From Obrimoposthia wandeli (taxonomy: Eukaryota), in assembly GCA_977020255.1 (NCBI GenBank), contig CDROCS010001101.1:310001-374000 (forward strand): a stretch of 64,000 bases of DNA. The letters are read 5' to 3'. Positions within the stretch are counted from its first letter, which is position 1. Each line of letters starts with the position of its first letter. The notes beneath the pieces are model-generated. The model had not been told where the DNA came from. It saw only the letters and a list, made by a program, of their open reading frames with translations, and made no database searches. The translations under genes were made by a program, and so were the position numbers. Positions 42,166 to 52,893 of this stretch are shown here, piece by piece.

Positions 42166-43413
42166 CTATTTATTACCTAACTCACGTGCTGGCTGCACTG
42201 AACAGGCTTTATTCGCGGGATAAATTGTTGCAACAACACTCATTACCATAGCCACACCACCAACCACCAGCACATCATTCAATGCAAGTTGTGACGGTAA
42301 AAAGTTGATAAAGTAAATATCACCCGACAAGAATTTATGGCCGATCAAACCTTCGATAAACTTGATTATCACCGTCAGATTCTCTGAGATTAAAATACCC
42401 AGTATTGTGCCAGAAAGCACACCCAGAATACCGTTGATACCGCCGTGTACAATAAAGATCAAACGCAGTAATGCATTGGATGCACCCATGGTTTTTAAAA
42501 TCGCAATATCAGCACGCTTATCATTAACAGCCATGACTAAGGTCGTCACGATATTAAAACAAGCAACCGCAATCACTAAAATCAAAATAACATACATCAA
42601 GCTTTTAACCATTTGAATATCTTGGTATAAAAATCCCTGACTCGTCATCCAGCTACGAATATACAAGTAATGATCTAACTTACTCCCCGCTTCACGCACA
42701 ATACGATTAGCAGCAAAGATATCAGACACTTTAATGCTCATACCATCCGCTTTAAACGCTTTGTCTTGAATATCTTGTGCTGCGCTCAAAGGGATATAAG
42801 CAAGATTATTATCTAACTGACCGCTAAGGTGAATAATTCCCGCAATAGTAAAGCTAAAACGACGTGGTGATTTAAATGAATTACCTGACTGCTGCGACAA
42901 TAATACTGTGACAGAGTCACCAAGCACTAAATTCAACTCTTTGGCAATACCACGCCCGATAACCACAGTACGGTTATTAACAGGATCATTTAAACTGTCC
43001 CAACTGCCCTCTTCAACATAACGATACACTTCAGAAACTTGTTTCTCAGCCTCACTATCAACAGCACGAAGTTGCACCGCCTTTAGTTCATTGCCCTTTT
43101 GTAATAAACCGTTAAGTTTAATAAAAGGAGCAGCCCCAACAACTTCCGGATGCGTAAGTAATTTGTCTTGAGTACGCTGCCAATCATTAAAGGGTTGATT
43201 TACCCCTTCAAGCTCGCCATTAGGCACAACCGCTAATATTCTATTTTTCAGCTCATATTCGAACCCGTTCATTGCTGACAAACCAATGATCAATACCATC
43301 ACGCCTAACGCGATACCAACCGTTGATGACGCCGAGATGAACGCGATAAAGCCATTACGGCGTTTAGACGAGGTATATCTCAATCCGATATAAGCCGCTA
43401 ACGGACGAAACAT
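42166..43413 (-). CDS. lolE: Lipoprotein-releasing ABC transporter permease LolE
   Basis: IGLRY...NGFIAFIS, AMNGFE.EL..RIL, VACFNIVTTLVMAV.DKRADIAILKTMGA. Confidence 0.95.
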   Translation of the reverse strand: MFRPLAAYIGLRYTSSKRRNGFIAFISASSTVGIALGVMVLIIGLSAMNGFEYELKNRILAVVPNGELEGVNQPFNDWQRTQDKLLTHPEVVGAAPFIKLNGLLQKGNELKAVQLRAVDSEAEKQVSEVYRYVEEGSWDSLNDPVNNRTVVIGRGIAKELNLVLGDSVTVLLSQQSGNSFKSPRRFSFTIAGIIHLSGQLDNNLAYIPLSAAQDIQDKAFKADGMSIKVSDIFAANRIVREAGSKLDHYLYIRSWMTSQGFLYQDIQMVKSLMYVILILVIAVACFNIVTTLVMAVNDKRADIAILKTMGASNALLRLIFIVHGGINGILGVLSGTILGILISENLTVIIKFIEGLIGHKFLSGDIYFINFLPSQLALNDVLVVGGVAMVMSVVATIYPANKACSVQPARELGNK

Positions 43414-44132
43414 TATACTTCCTCCATCACTGTATTTACTTGCTGGGTTGCGGTATCGCTAGACAATACACCATCCACCATATGTAAAGTACGCCCTAAT
43501 CGGTTAGCTAGATCTTCATCATGGGTAACGATAATAAAAGCGGTATCGCACGTTTCATTTAATTCTTTAATCAAATTAAAAATAGTATCCGCACTACCTT
43601 GATCTAGGTTACCAGTCGGTTCATCTGCTAACACAATATTCGGTTCATTAATTAACGCTCGAGCAATAGCAACACGTTGGCGTTCACCACCCGAAAGTTC
43701 ACTCGGTTTATGTTCAACACGATGCGATAACCCAACGCGTTCTAACATAGCCAAGGCTTTTTCTTTCGCTAACGTCACCTTCATACCCGCGATCAATAAT
43801 GGCATACAGACATTTTCTAACGCGGTGAACTCATTCAGCAAGTGATGAAATTGATACACAAAACCCATATTCTGATTACGCATTGCCGCTTGTTGTGACT
43901 GTGACATGCTATGAATATCTATACCATTAAGATGCACAGAGCCTGACGTTGGTGTATCTAACGCGCCCATCAAATGCAGTAAAGTACTTTTACCTGAACC
44001 AGAACGACCAACAATCGCAATTAACTCGCCTTTTTCGACCGTCAACGACACTTGCTTTAATACGTGAGTATCAAGATTACCTTCTTGGTAAATTTTTTCG
44101 AGATTATTGCAAACTAATAAAGAATTATTCAT
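43413..44132 (-). CDS. lolD: Lipoprotein-releasing ABC transporter ATPase LolD
   Basis: [49 protein letters not shown]. Confidence 0.96.
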   Translation of the reverse strand: MNNSLLVCNNLEKIYQEGNLDTHVLKQVSLTVEKGELIAIVGRSGSGKSTLLHLMGALDTPTSGSVHLNGIDIHSMSQSQQAAMRNQNMGFVYQFHHLLNEFTALENVCMPLLIAGMKVTLAKEKALAMLERVGLSHRVEHKPSELSGGERQRVAIARALINEPNIVLADEPTGNLDQGSADTIFNLIKELNETCDTAFIIVTHDEDLANRLGRTLHMVDGVLSSDTATQQVNTVMEEV

Positions 44133-45354
44133 AACGTAATGCCTCGGCAGGTTTTACATTTGCCGCTCTAAATGCAGGATAAAGTGTTGCGAGTAGACTT
44201 AATGCAATCGCACCGAAGATAATTGACGCGATCTGCGACCAATCAAATAAAACAGGTAATAAACGTGCGCCACCGGATGCTTGCGCTAACAGGTTAAGTC
44301 CAATCAATGACATAAATTCATTCAGGTTGGCCGCTAGCAGTATACCTAAAAGGCCACCAGCAATAGCACCTAACACACCAGTCCAAGCACCTTGTATAAC
44401 AAATATCTGTACAATCGTCGGCCTATTCATACCTAGCGTTTTCATAATAGCCACATCAGTTTCTTTCTCTGTCACTAACATCACTAACGATGACAAGATA
44501 TTAAACACAGCAACAGTAATGATTAAAAACAACAATAAACCAATCATGTTCTTTTCCATTCTCACGGCTTGGAACAATTCACCACGCGCAGTTTGCCAGT
44601 CGAGTGAATCAAAGCTATTAATGAAATATTCACGACTCGCTAACTCATTCACTGAAAATGGGTCATTCACAAACACCCGATGTTGCATTGGCGCTGAAGC
44701 AGATAAACGAACCAACTTACCCGCGTCGACAATATTCACTAGCACTTGCGTCGCTTCAACATCAGAACCGACAGCGTAAATTCCCACAACAGTAAACTTA
44801 CGTTGACTCGGTACTCGTCCCATCGGTGTAAATACACTGCCTTTAGTCGAGATAAGTCTTATTTTATCGCCAAGCTTAGCATTCAAAGAAGTAGCCATAC
44901 TGCGACCAATAATGATGTTGTATTTACCGGGTTGCAATAAGGTAATATCGCCAATAATCATATTCTGACGGATCACGTCCCACTGCGGGTAGGAAGATGG
45001 GTCAATGCCTTGTAACTGCGCACCTTGGATCTGGCTTTTACTCTGCACCATGGCATCAGCTTGTAAGAAAGGCGTCACGGCCGCAACCAAGGGATCATTT
45101 GCTAATGCCAACAAACTCGCATCGACATCAGTCACGTCTGATTTTGGTGTGACGATAACATGTGGAACAGCCCCGAGAATACGGGTTTTTAAATCTTGCT
45201 CAAAACCATTCATTACCGATAACACGGTGATCAGCGCTAATACACCTATGGTGATACCAGCTGTCGAGAATAGAGTAATGAATGATACAAATCGATTGTT
45301 GCGTTTCGAGCGGGTATAACGCAAGCCGATGAATAAACTGAGAGGGTAATACAT
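44125..45354 (-). CDS. lolC: Lipoprotein-releasing ABC transporter permease LolC
   Basis: [37 protein letters not shown]. Confidence 0.95.
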   Translation of the reverse strand: MYYPLSLFIGLRYTRSKRNNRFVSFITLFSTAGITIGVLALITVLSVMNGFEQDLKTRILGAVPHVIVTPKSDVTDVDASLLALANDPLVAAVTPFLQADAMVQSKSQIQGAQLQGIDPSSYPQWDVIRQNMIIGDITLLQPGKYNIIIGRSMATSLNAKLGDKIRLISTKGSVFTPMGRVPSQRKFTVVGIYAVGSDVEATQVLVNIVDAGKLVRLSASAPMQHRVFVNDPFSVNELASREYFINSFDSLDWQTARGELFQAVRMEKNMIGLLLFLIITVAVFNILSSLVMLVTEKETDVAIMKTLGMNRPTIVQIFVIQGAWTGVLGAIAGGLLGILLAANLNEFMSLIGLNLLAQASGGARLLPVLFDWSQIASIIFGAIALSLLATLYPAFRAANVKPAEALRYE

Positions 45355-45571
45355 AAATAGATTAAGAAGACCTTGCTAAAAACTGCCTTTCATTCTAGAG
45401 GCATGCCCACTAATGAGCAAGTAAAATCATGTCTTAACGCTAACTTGTGAGCGATTGCTTATTCTCGTTGAAAACAGCGCGTTAAAAGCTAAATCCAATA
45501 AACTAAACATGAAAAATAAAAATTAATATGCCACAATGATTGGTTAGCTATCTAGAAAAGGATGACGGCGA

Positions 45572-46174
45572 ATGACTCAACAATATTTTTCTATTAAACA
45601 CAGTTTATCTGTCAATATTGAACCGGTTTCGATTGATACAGTCCCAACATCGCGATTGGCACTGGAAAACGAAATGCCAATCCCATTTAAAATGGCCAAT
45701 GATGTTGCCGAAATCGACAGCAACGCGCTCCGTTCAATCCGCAATATAGGTGAACAGGCTGACGCATTGGCTGATTTTTTACAGATGCAAAACAATAAAA
45801 TCAATTTAATTATGGGCTATGTATTAGCACAGCAAGATCACCCCGAATCACGTTTTAATACCACTGTATTTGGGGCCGGTGAAGTTAAATTTTTAGCGCA
45901 TGGTGATTTAGCATTAGAACAAGCAGTTCGTATTAAGATATTCTTACCTAATGATTCATCTGCGATCTATTGCTATGGCACAATCTCGGCACGTGAAGCA
46001 CAAGAAACAGATAACACACTGATTGAATACACAGCATCCTATACGCGTATCCGCGATATCGACCGAGAAATATTAATACGTGCCACATTGCGTATTCAAC
46101 AGTTACAACTTAAACACCGTGCAGAACAACGCCAACAACAAGATCTGCAAGATGATCAACAACTGATCCCTTAA
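45572..46174 (+). CDS. PilZ-domain-like protein conserved between lolC and mfd (Vibrio PlzB-like)
   Basis: Synteny plus motifs KINLIMGYVL, FGAG, LKIFL...AIYCYG, DREILIRATL. Confidence 0.7.
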   Translation: MTQQYFSIKHSLSVNIEPVSIDTVPTSRLALENEMPIPFKMANDVAEIDSNALRSIRNIGEQADALADFLQMQNNKINLIMGYVLAQQDHPESRFNTTVFGAGEVKFLAHGDLALEQAVRIKIFLPNDSSAIYCYGTISAREAQETDNTLIEYTASYTRIRDIDREILIRATLRIQQLQLKHRAEQRQQQDLQDDQQLIP

Positions 46175-46211
46175 CTCATTCCTTACTTATGACGATTAGA
46201 TTACTGACATT

Positions 46212-49200
46212 ATGAAATCAACAGCTATTCTCTCTTTACCCTTACCGAAAAAACAAGGCGACAAGATCGCCTACGGTAATCTTGTCGGCAGTAGCCTTGC
46301 ATTCACACTTGCAGAACTGTGCTTACAAACGAAATCACCTATCCTTGCAGTTGTCGCTGATACGCCAAGTGCATTAAAATTAGAACAAGAAGTACGCCAT
46401 TTTTTAGGCGATAATAAACCATTAATCACCTTCCCTGATTGGGAAACGCTGCCGTATGATAATTTTTCACCACATCAAGATATTATCTCGCAGCGTATTC
46501 ATGCCCTACACCGTTTTCAGCAAACAACCAGCGGCCTTATTATTGTATCGGTTAGCACCTTAATGCAACGTATCGCCCCGGTGAGTTTTTTAGATCAGCA
46601 TAGTTTGATCGTTAAAACGGGCGATAAAATTGATATGCACGCAATGCGCCAGCGTTTAGAGACCAGCGGTTATAATGCCGTAGAGCAAGTTCTAGAGCAT
46701 GGTGAATTTTCTGCACGTGGTTCTATTCTTGACCTTTACCCAATGGGCAGTACATCGCCGTTTCGCATCGACTTCTTTGATGATGAAGTAGAAGAGATCC
46801 GCGGGTTTAATACCGAGACTCAACGCTCGGAAGGAACCCTTGAAGCAATCAACTTACTGCCAGCTCATGAATTCCCCACTGACGCTAAAGCAATAGAACT
46901 ATTCCGCCAACAGTTTAGAGCATTGTTTACACCATCGCGTGAAGCAGAGTCGGTATATCAGCAAGTCAGTAAAGGCTTCTTACCTACAGGTATTGAGTAT
47001 TACCACCCATTATTTTTAACTGAAACTGCTACCTTATTTGATTATTTACCGAAACAACTGACTATCGTTCAAGTGGGTGAATTATATCAAGCATCAGAAG
47101 CTTTCTTTCAAGACGTTGAAAAACGTTATGAAGACCGCAGATATGATATTCAACGACCATTACTGACGCCTAGTGCACTCTACTTACCGGTTTCAGAATT
47201 ATTCCAAGCCCTTGGTCAGTATAGTAAAGTCAGCTTAAGCAATGCACTACTGAGTGACAAAGCCGGTAATACCAACCTAGGTTTTAGTAAATTACCTGAA
47301 ATATCAGTCAATCATCAGAAAAAAGCGCCACTTGCGCCACTGCTTGAGTTCATAGAAGGGTTTGACGGTAAAATCATCTTTAGCGTTGAATCGGAAGGTC
47401 GTCGTGAAACATTATTAGAGCTACTCGAAAAAACCAAGCTTAAGCCGAAAGCAATCACCAGTATCGCCAAATTCTTAAAAGCTAAACCTGCAGTTGGTAT
47501 TTGGGTTAGCCAGTGTGAAAATAGCTTTATTATTGATGACCTCAATGTCGCCATTATTTGTGAAAACGAATTGCTTGGTCACAAGATCATACAACGTCGT
47601 CGCACCGATAAAAAAGTACAAGCCAACAATGATGCTTTAGTCAGAAACCTGACCGAGTTAAGTATCGGTCAACCGGTTGTGCATATCGAACACGGTGTCG
47701 GCCGTTATCTAGGTCTGCAGATCATTGAAAATGCAGGCATGGCGACTGAATTCTTAACCCTTGAATACGCCAATGCTGCGAAACTTTATGTTCCAGTCTC
47801 GGCTTTGCACCTTATCAGCCGTTATAGCGGTGCCGGTGAGGCATCAGCGCCGTTACATAAACTTGGTAGTGATAGCTGGGAGAAATCCAAAACGAAAGCA
47901 ATGGAACGAGTACGTGACGTTGCTGCAGAGTTATTGGATATTTACGCACAGCGTGCAGCTAAAAGTGGCTTTCAATATAAGTGCGATAAAGAATCTTACG
48001 CAGCCTTTGCTGATGGCTTCCCGTTTGAAGAAACTGACGATCAAAAAACCGCCATTCAAGCCGTCATGGATGATATGCGCCAAGACAAAACCATGGACCG
48101 CCTGGTTTGTGGTGATGTAGGCTTTGGTAAAACAGAAGTGGCCATGCGTGCAGCCTTCATGTCGATAATGAACGACAAACAAGTTGCCGTGCTTGTGCCA
48201 ACTACCTTGCTTGCACAACAACATTTTGAGAACTTCAAAGATCGCTTTGCCAACTGGCCTGTACGTGTTGAAGTTATCTCACGTTTTAAAACAGCCAAAG
48301 AACAAAAGCTGATTTTAGAAGATGTTAAAAATGGCAAAGTTGACTTGTTGATCGGCACACATAAATTACTCAGTAATCAAATCAAGTTTTCTGATCTAGG
48401 CTTACTGATCATTGATGAAGAGCATCGCTTTGGTGTCCGTCAGAAAGAAAAAGTCAAAGCCCTGCGTGCAGACATTGATATCTTAACGCTAACAGCAACG
48501 CCGATCCCAAGAACGCTAAACATGGCGATGAACGGTATGCGTGATTTATCTATCATCGCTACACCGCCCGCTAAACGTTTAGCTGTTAAAACATTCGTAC
48601 GCCAATATGATGACAACACTGTAAAAGAAGCCATCATGCGTGAAATTATGCGCGGTGGCCAAGTTTACTTCTTACATAACAATGTCGATTCAATTGATAA
48701 AACCGTAGAAGCTCTGACGTTACTTATTCCTGAAGCGCGTATTGTTGCCGCCCACGGTCAAATGGCAGAGCGCGAATTAGAATCTGTCATGGCTGATTTC
48801 TACCATCAGCGTTTTAATGTATTGGTCTGTACTACGATTATTGAAACCGGTATTGATATTCCAAGTGCCAATACCATCATCATGGATCGCGCAGATAACT
48901 TAGGTTTAGCACAGCTACACCAATTACGTGGCCGTGTTGGTCGTTCTCATCACCAAGCTTATGCTTACTTATTAACGCCGCATCCAAAACGTATCACGAG
49001 TGATGCCAAAAAGCGTCTTGAAGCGATAGCATCGTTAGAGGATTTAGGTGCTGGTTTCACATTAGCAACACACGATCTTGAGATCCGTGGTGCAGGTGAA
49101 CTGCTGGGCGATGAACAAAGTGGTCAAATTAGCTCTATTGGTTTTTCTCTGTATATGGATATGCTCGACCAAGCAGTAAAAAGCATTAAAAGTGGTAAAT

Positions 49201-49688
49201 CAATATCACTTGAAGAAGCACTAAAAAGCCAGACCGAAATTGAGTTACGTGTACCAGCACTCATACCCGATGATTACATTCATGACGTTAATATTCGTTT
49301 ATCACTATATAAACGCATCGCCAGTTGTCAAAATGAAGATCAACTACGCGAGGTACAAGTAGAGCTGATTGATCGTTTTGGTTTGTTGCCTGATAACGCT
49401 AAAAACTTGATCCGTCAAACCGAATTAAAACTGCAAGCCGCGCCTTTAGGTATTAAACGACTTGAAATAGGTCCCGCTGGTGGCTATATTAGCTTTGGTG
49501 AAGATAATCAGGTTGATGTGGGTTATCTTATCCGTCTTATCCAGCAACAGCCTCGTGTTTACAGCATGGATGGACCATCAAAATTGAAGTTTGCAATCAA
49601 ATCACCGGATGCAAAAGATCGAGTACAACTAGTCGAAGCTATGCTGGTTGAATTTGCAAAAAATAAGATTGCAGGAGTTAAACGTTGA
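46212..49688 (+). CDS. mfd: Transcription-repair coupling factor
   Basis: FPDWETLPYD, VVHIEHGVGRY, CGDVGFGKTE, DEEHRFG, TATPIPR, QLRGRVGRS, GAGELLG. Confidence 0.98.
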   Translation: MKSTAILSLPLPKKQGDKIAYGNLVGSSLAFTLAELCLQTKSPILAVVADTPSALKLEQEVRHFLGDNKPLITFPDWETLPYDNFSPHQDIISQRIHALHRFQQTTSGLIIVSVSTLMQRIAPVSFLDQHSLIVKTGDKIDMHAMRQRLETSGYNAVEQVLEHGEFSARGSILDLYPMGSTSPFRIDFFDDEVEEIRGFNTETQRSEGTLEAINLLPAHEFPTDAKAIELFRQQFRALFTPSREAESVYQQVSKGFLPTGIEYYHPLFLTETATLFDYLPKQLTIVQVGELYQASEAFFQDVEKRYEDRRYDIQRPLLTPSALYLPVSELFQALGQYSKVSLSNALLSDKAGNTNLGFSKLPEISVNHQKKAPLAPLLEFIEGFDGKIIFSVESEGRRETLLELLEKTKLKPKAITSIAKFLKAKPAVGIWVSQCENSFIIDDLNVAIICENELLGHKIIQRRRTDKKVQANNDALVRNLTELSIGQPVVHIEHGVGRYLGLQIIENAGMATEFLTLEYANAAKLYVPVSALHLISRYSGAGEASAPLHKLGSDSWEKSKTKAMERVRDVAAELLDIYAQRAAKSGFQYKCDKESYAAFADGFPFEETDDQKTAIQAVMDDMRQDKTMDRLVCGDVGFGKTEVAMRAAFMSIMNDKQVAVLVPTTLLAQQHFENFKDRFANWPVRVEVISRFKTAKEQKLILEDVKNGKVDLLIGTHKLLSNQIKFSDLGLLIIDEEHRFGVRQKEKVKALRADIDILTLTATPIPRTLNMAMNGMRDLSIIATPPAKRLAVKTFVRQYDDNTVKEAIMREIMRGGQVYFLHNNVDSIDKTVEALTLLIPEARIVAAHGQMAERELESVMADFYHQRFNVLVCTTIIETGIDIPSANTIIMDRADNLGLAQLHQLRGRVGRSHHQAYAYLLTPHPKRITSDAKKRLEAIASLEDLGAGFTLATHDLEIRGAGELLGDEQSGQISSIGFSLYMDMLDQAVKSIKSGKSISLEEALKSQTEIELRVPALIPDDYIHDVNIRLSLYKRIASCQNEDQLREVQVELIDRFGLLPDNAKNLIRQTELKLQAAPLGIKRLEIGPAGGYISFGEDNQVDVGYLIRLIQQQPRVYSMDGPSKLKFAIKSPDAKDRVQLVEAMLVEFAKNKIAGVKR

Positions 49689-51028
49689 AAAAATCGTTAA
49701 TTAGTTTATTAGTAGGTCTCTCTATTGGCAGTTCATTTGCAGTAAGCGCTGCAGAAGAAGATCGTTGGTTTGAAGTAGAAGTCATTTTATTCGACCGTAA
49801 TATCGATCCCGCTAAAGTGATTGAACATTGGGATCCGTCTTTATATCCAACGTACTCTAAAGTAAATAAAGACCCGATGGCATTATTCATCAATGATAGT
49901 AATTTGCTCAATAAAAATAGCCGCGATGCTAACAATGTTGACACTTTCAGTAAGACAATAACAACTGGCTTACAGCCAACGCTTATTGACGATAGTGAAA
50001 CTTTGCCTGTTTTTGGTGATGACAGTGACAAGCCCACTTTTGTAACGCCAGATATAGATAGCGATATCATAAGCTCAACACATGTGGTTATTGATGGCGC
50101 AAACTTAAAAAGTAAAGCCCAAGATCCAGCTTTACAAATTGTCCCAGCTAATGAATTACAACTGACTAAACAATTTACAGCATTAAACGAACATGCTAAT
50201 TATAATGTCGTGTTACATACAGCATGGCGTATGCAACCCAAGGATCGTACTAAAGCAATACCGATTCGATTGTTTGCAGGGCAGAATTACCAACAACAGT
50301 ACAAACAAAACGGTGATGCGATTTTAAGACAGGCCGCGCCGCTTGTTGCTGAAACAGTGCCAGCGACAATAGCATCGAGTGATAATATTGCAGGTGACTC
50401 ACAGGTTATCGATTTGGATAACGCAACATCGCTCAGTGGCGCTATAGCACGACAAGATACCGATACTAACCTATCTGCGCCTGCCACCCAAAAATCAGTA
50501 ATACCTGCTGTTCCTGCAACACCAGTGTGGAAAATAGATGGTGAATTGACTATCTATCTAGAGCATTACCTTTACGCCAAAACAAATCTGTTTGTACGTA
50601 AAGAAGGTAATAAAGTGATTACTGCAGAACAAATGGTCGAACAACAAGCATCAGAATCTGACGTTGCTATTAATCCTGAAAAAATTGATCTGCTAGAACG
50701 ACTCGGCATACATCTAGAGCCAAAGCAAAGTGACCATCGCGAGGCCATCATATCTGCTGATGCCACTCTAGATAACGATTTTATTGTTGATGACGTTGCC
50801 GACGCCAAAAGTGGCTTAACTAACGAAATCACCACTATGGATGTAGCTGTAGGTCAAGAGCCACAAGATAAAGTGGTGCCTTTCTTACAGAGTTATCCAA
50901 TGCAGCAACTACGCGTTATTCGAAGTGGTGAAATTCATTACCTTGATCACCCGATGTTTGGCATGCTCATTCAAATACGTAAGTATGAGCCGCCAATGCC
51001 AAAAGATGCTACCGATACAGCGCAGTAA
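49685..51028 (+). CDS. csiV: Peptidoglycan-binding protein CsiV family
   Basis: Signal peptide, WFEVEVILF, VVLHTAWRMQ, IDG.L.IYLEHYLY, VIRSGEIHYLDHPMFGMLIQIR. TTG start overlaps the mfd TGA. Confidence 0.88.
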   Translation: MKKSLISLLVGLSIGSSFAVSAAEEDRWFEVEVILFDRNIDPAKVIEHWDPSLYPTYSKVNKDPMALFINDSNLLNKNSRDANNVDTFSKTITTGLQPTLIDDSETLPVFGDDSDKPTFVTPDIDSDIISSTHVVIDGANLKSKAQDPALQIVPANELQLTKQFTALNEHANYNVVLHTAWRMQPKDRTKAIPIRLFAGQNYQQQYKQNGDAILRQAAPLVAETVPATIASSDNIAGDSQVIDLDNATSLSGAIARQDTDTNLSAPATQKSVIPAVPATPVWKIDGELTIYLEHYLYAKTNLFVRKEGNKVITAEQMVEQQASESDVAINPEKIDLLERLGIHLEPKQSDHREAIISADATLDNDFIVDDVADAKSGLTNEITTMDVAVGQEPQDKVVPFLQSYPMQQLRVIRSGEIHYLDHPMFGMLIQIRKYEPPMPKDATDTAQ

Positions 51029-51034
51029 TCACCA

Positions 51035-52891
51035 TTAATTACCTTTGAGCGTCACCATCGTTATGAAGGTTCTTAATATAATCATCACATCTGCTTTCAG
51101 CCAGCGAGAAAAACTCGTTAGGCTTAAAGCATATGCGTGGTCCCAATAGAGCTTATTTTGCACATCTTCTAAGCACGTATCTGCCCCTTGCGATATTTGT
51201 GCTAAACCTGTAATACCAGGCCTAACACCATTAGTTCGCTCCAAGTAATAAGGGATCTTCTCTTCTAGTTTGCCACAGAACACTGGGCGCTCAGGTCGAG
51301 GACCAACAATGGCCATATCGCCAAGTAATACATTAATCAATTGTGGCAGTTCATCTATTCTCGTTTGACGTAAAAAGCGCCCTACCGACGTTATCCTTGT
51401 ATCTTTTTTTTGCGCCCACACAGGTCCTGATTTTGATTCTGACTCAACCCCCATCGTTCTAAACTTAATTAACATGAATACTTCAACATATTCATTTTTA
51501 ATTTCACCTACACGTAATTGACGATAGAACACCGGCCCCTTAGAGTTTAATTTAATCGCCAGAGCAACGAAAGGCACAAGCGGTGTGATAACAATCAATG
51601 CTGCAATCGAAATAAGGATATCGCTGACGCGTTTTGGGATCACAACACTTTTTTGCTGATAATTAGATGTCGCTTGCTGCTCTGAGCTGATCTTAATCCA
51701 GGTACCACGATCTAAGCCGAAAAGGTAGCGCAGACCGCCATAAAAACTCGCCATATAACCTGTCGCAATATAATACAATGAGGCCCAAGGTTGCTTTACA
51801 GGTGCTGCATCAAATAACAGAGCGAAGGCTGAACCACCATACAAAGCGCACTGCCCCAACCACAAAAACCAGGCTGTATTTGCAACAAAAATAGACTGAC
51901 TATTGGTTAAAAAGAAAGTAAGAAAAAATAATACTAATAGATTAAATGGCATCAACGTACGTAAGAATTTCCCACTAAAAAAATTAAAACTGGTTAAACC
52001 ATTTTTCGATGAAAACAGCCCCCTTAACCTTAAGGCCTGCTGAACATTACCAGCACCAATACGTGTTCTGCGAGTAAAATCATTAGTCGTATTTGTTGCT
52101 TCCATCTCGATAATCGAAATGCGTTCATCCATCACAGCACGATAACCACGGCTAACTAACAGCATTGGAAAAACAAAATCATCATTGATGGTATCAACCG
52201 GTATCTGTTCAAACAAAGAGGCTTTAATCGCATACAGTGCGCCAGGGGGACCGATAATTGAACCAGTTATACTTTCAGCTTTACGAATGTTACGTTGGTA
52301 ATCCCAGTAATGCGCTTCACCTTTAGAACCATGCTCATAAAGCTGGTAATCACCCGTCACAACGCCTACGTCCTTTTCGGCCATTCTATGCGCAAATATT
52401 TGCATCGCATCAATCGAGATAAGCGCGCTCACATCGCTTAAAACGAGAATGTCTGACGTCGATTTATGTCGCATCAACAATTTATTGATCACATGAACCT
52501 TGCCGTTATTACTTTCAGCAACATCTAATTCAATCGTTATATCGTGTGCTGTAAATTGGGGTAAATATTCATTAGCAATAGTAACTGAATCATCAGTACA
52601 GCCATCAAAACCAAGCACAATTTTAAGTTTATCAGCGGGATAATCGAGCATGAGTAAGTTACTTAGTTTAGCGCCTAAATGCTTAGACTCGTTATAAACA
52701 GGCATGACAATAGTGATATTAGGAAGAGCAGAATCGACATCATTCGATACGTAGTTTCGAGATTCAAAAGTATCTATGTTGTTATCTGATTGCTTATACT
52801 TAACGTAATATTGCAGTAACTTAGGGTAAATCCAATGATGATAAATAAACAAATTAATCGATACTGCCGTACCAAATAAAAGCCAATCCAT
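51035..52891 (-). CDS. Fusion of a membrane GT2 glycosyltransferase (SypQ-like) and an undecaprenyl-phosphate priming sugar transferase (SypR-like)
   Basis: N-part: IYHHWIYP TM, VMPVYNE, FDGCTD, TINDDF, RRTRIGAGN, TM helices. C-part: KR..D.....L, GPVFYRQ.RVG, KFRTM, IDELPQL.NVL.GDM.IVGPRPE, PGITGLAQ. Confidence 0.88.
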   Translation of the reverse strand: MDWLLFGTAVSINLFIYHHWIYPKLLQYYVKYKQSDNNIDTFESRNYVSNDVDSALPNITIVMPVYNESKHLGAKLSNLLMLDYPADKLKIVLGFDGCTDDSVTIANEYLPQFTAHDITIELDVAESNNGKVHVINKLLMRHKSTSDILVLSDVSALISIDAMQIFAHRMAEKDVGVVTGDYQLYEHGSKGEAHYWDYQRNIRKAESITGSIIGPPGALYAIKASLFEQIPVDTINDDFVFPMLLVSRGYRAVMDERISIIEMEATNTTNDFTRRTRIGAGNVQQALRLRGLFSSKNGLTSFNFFSGKFLRTLMPFNLLVLFFLTFFLTNSQSIFVANTAWFLWLGQCALYGGSAFALLFDAAPVKQPWASLYYIATGYMASFYGGLRYLFGLDRGTWIKISSEQQATSNYQQKSVVIPKRVSDILISIAALIVITPLVPFVALAIKLNSKGPVFYRQLRVGEIKNEYVEVFMLIKFRTMGVESESKSGPVWAQKKDTRITSVGRFLRQTRIDELPQLINVLLGDMAIVGPRPERPVFCGKLEEKIPYYLERTNGVRPGITGLAQISQGADTCLEDVQNKLYWDHAYALSLTSFSRWLKADVMIILRTFITMVTLKGN

Positions 52892-52893
52892 AG

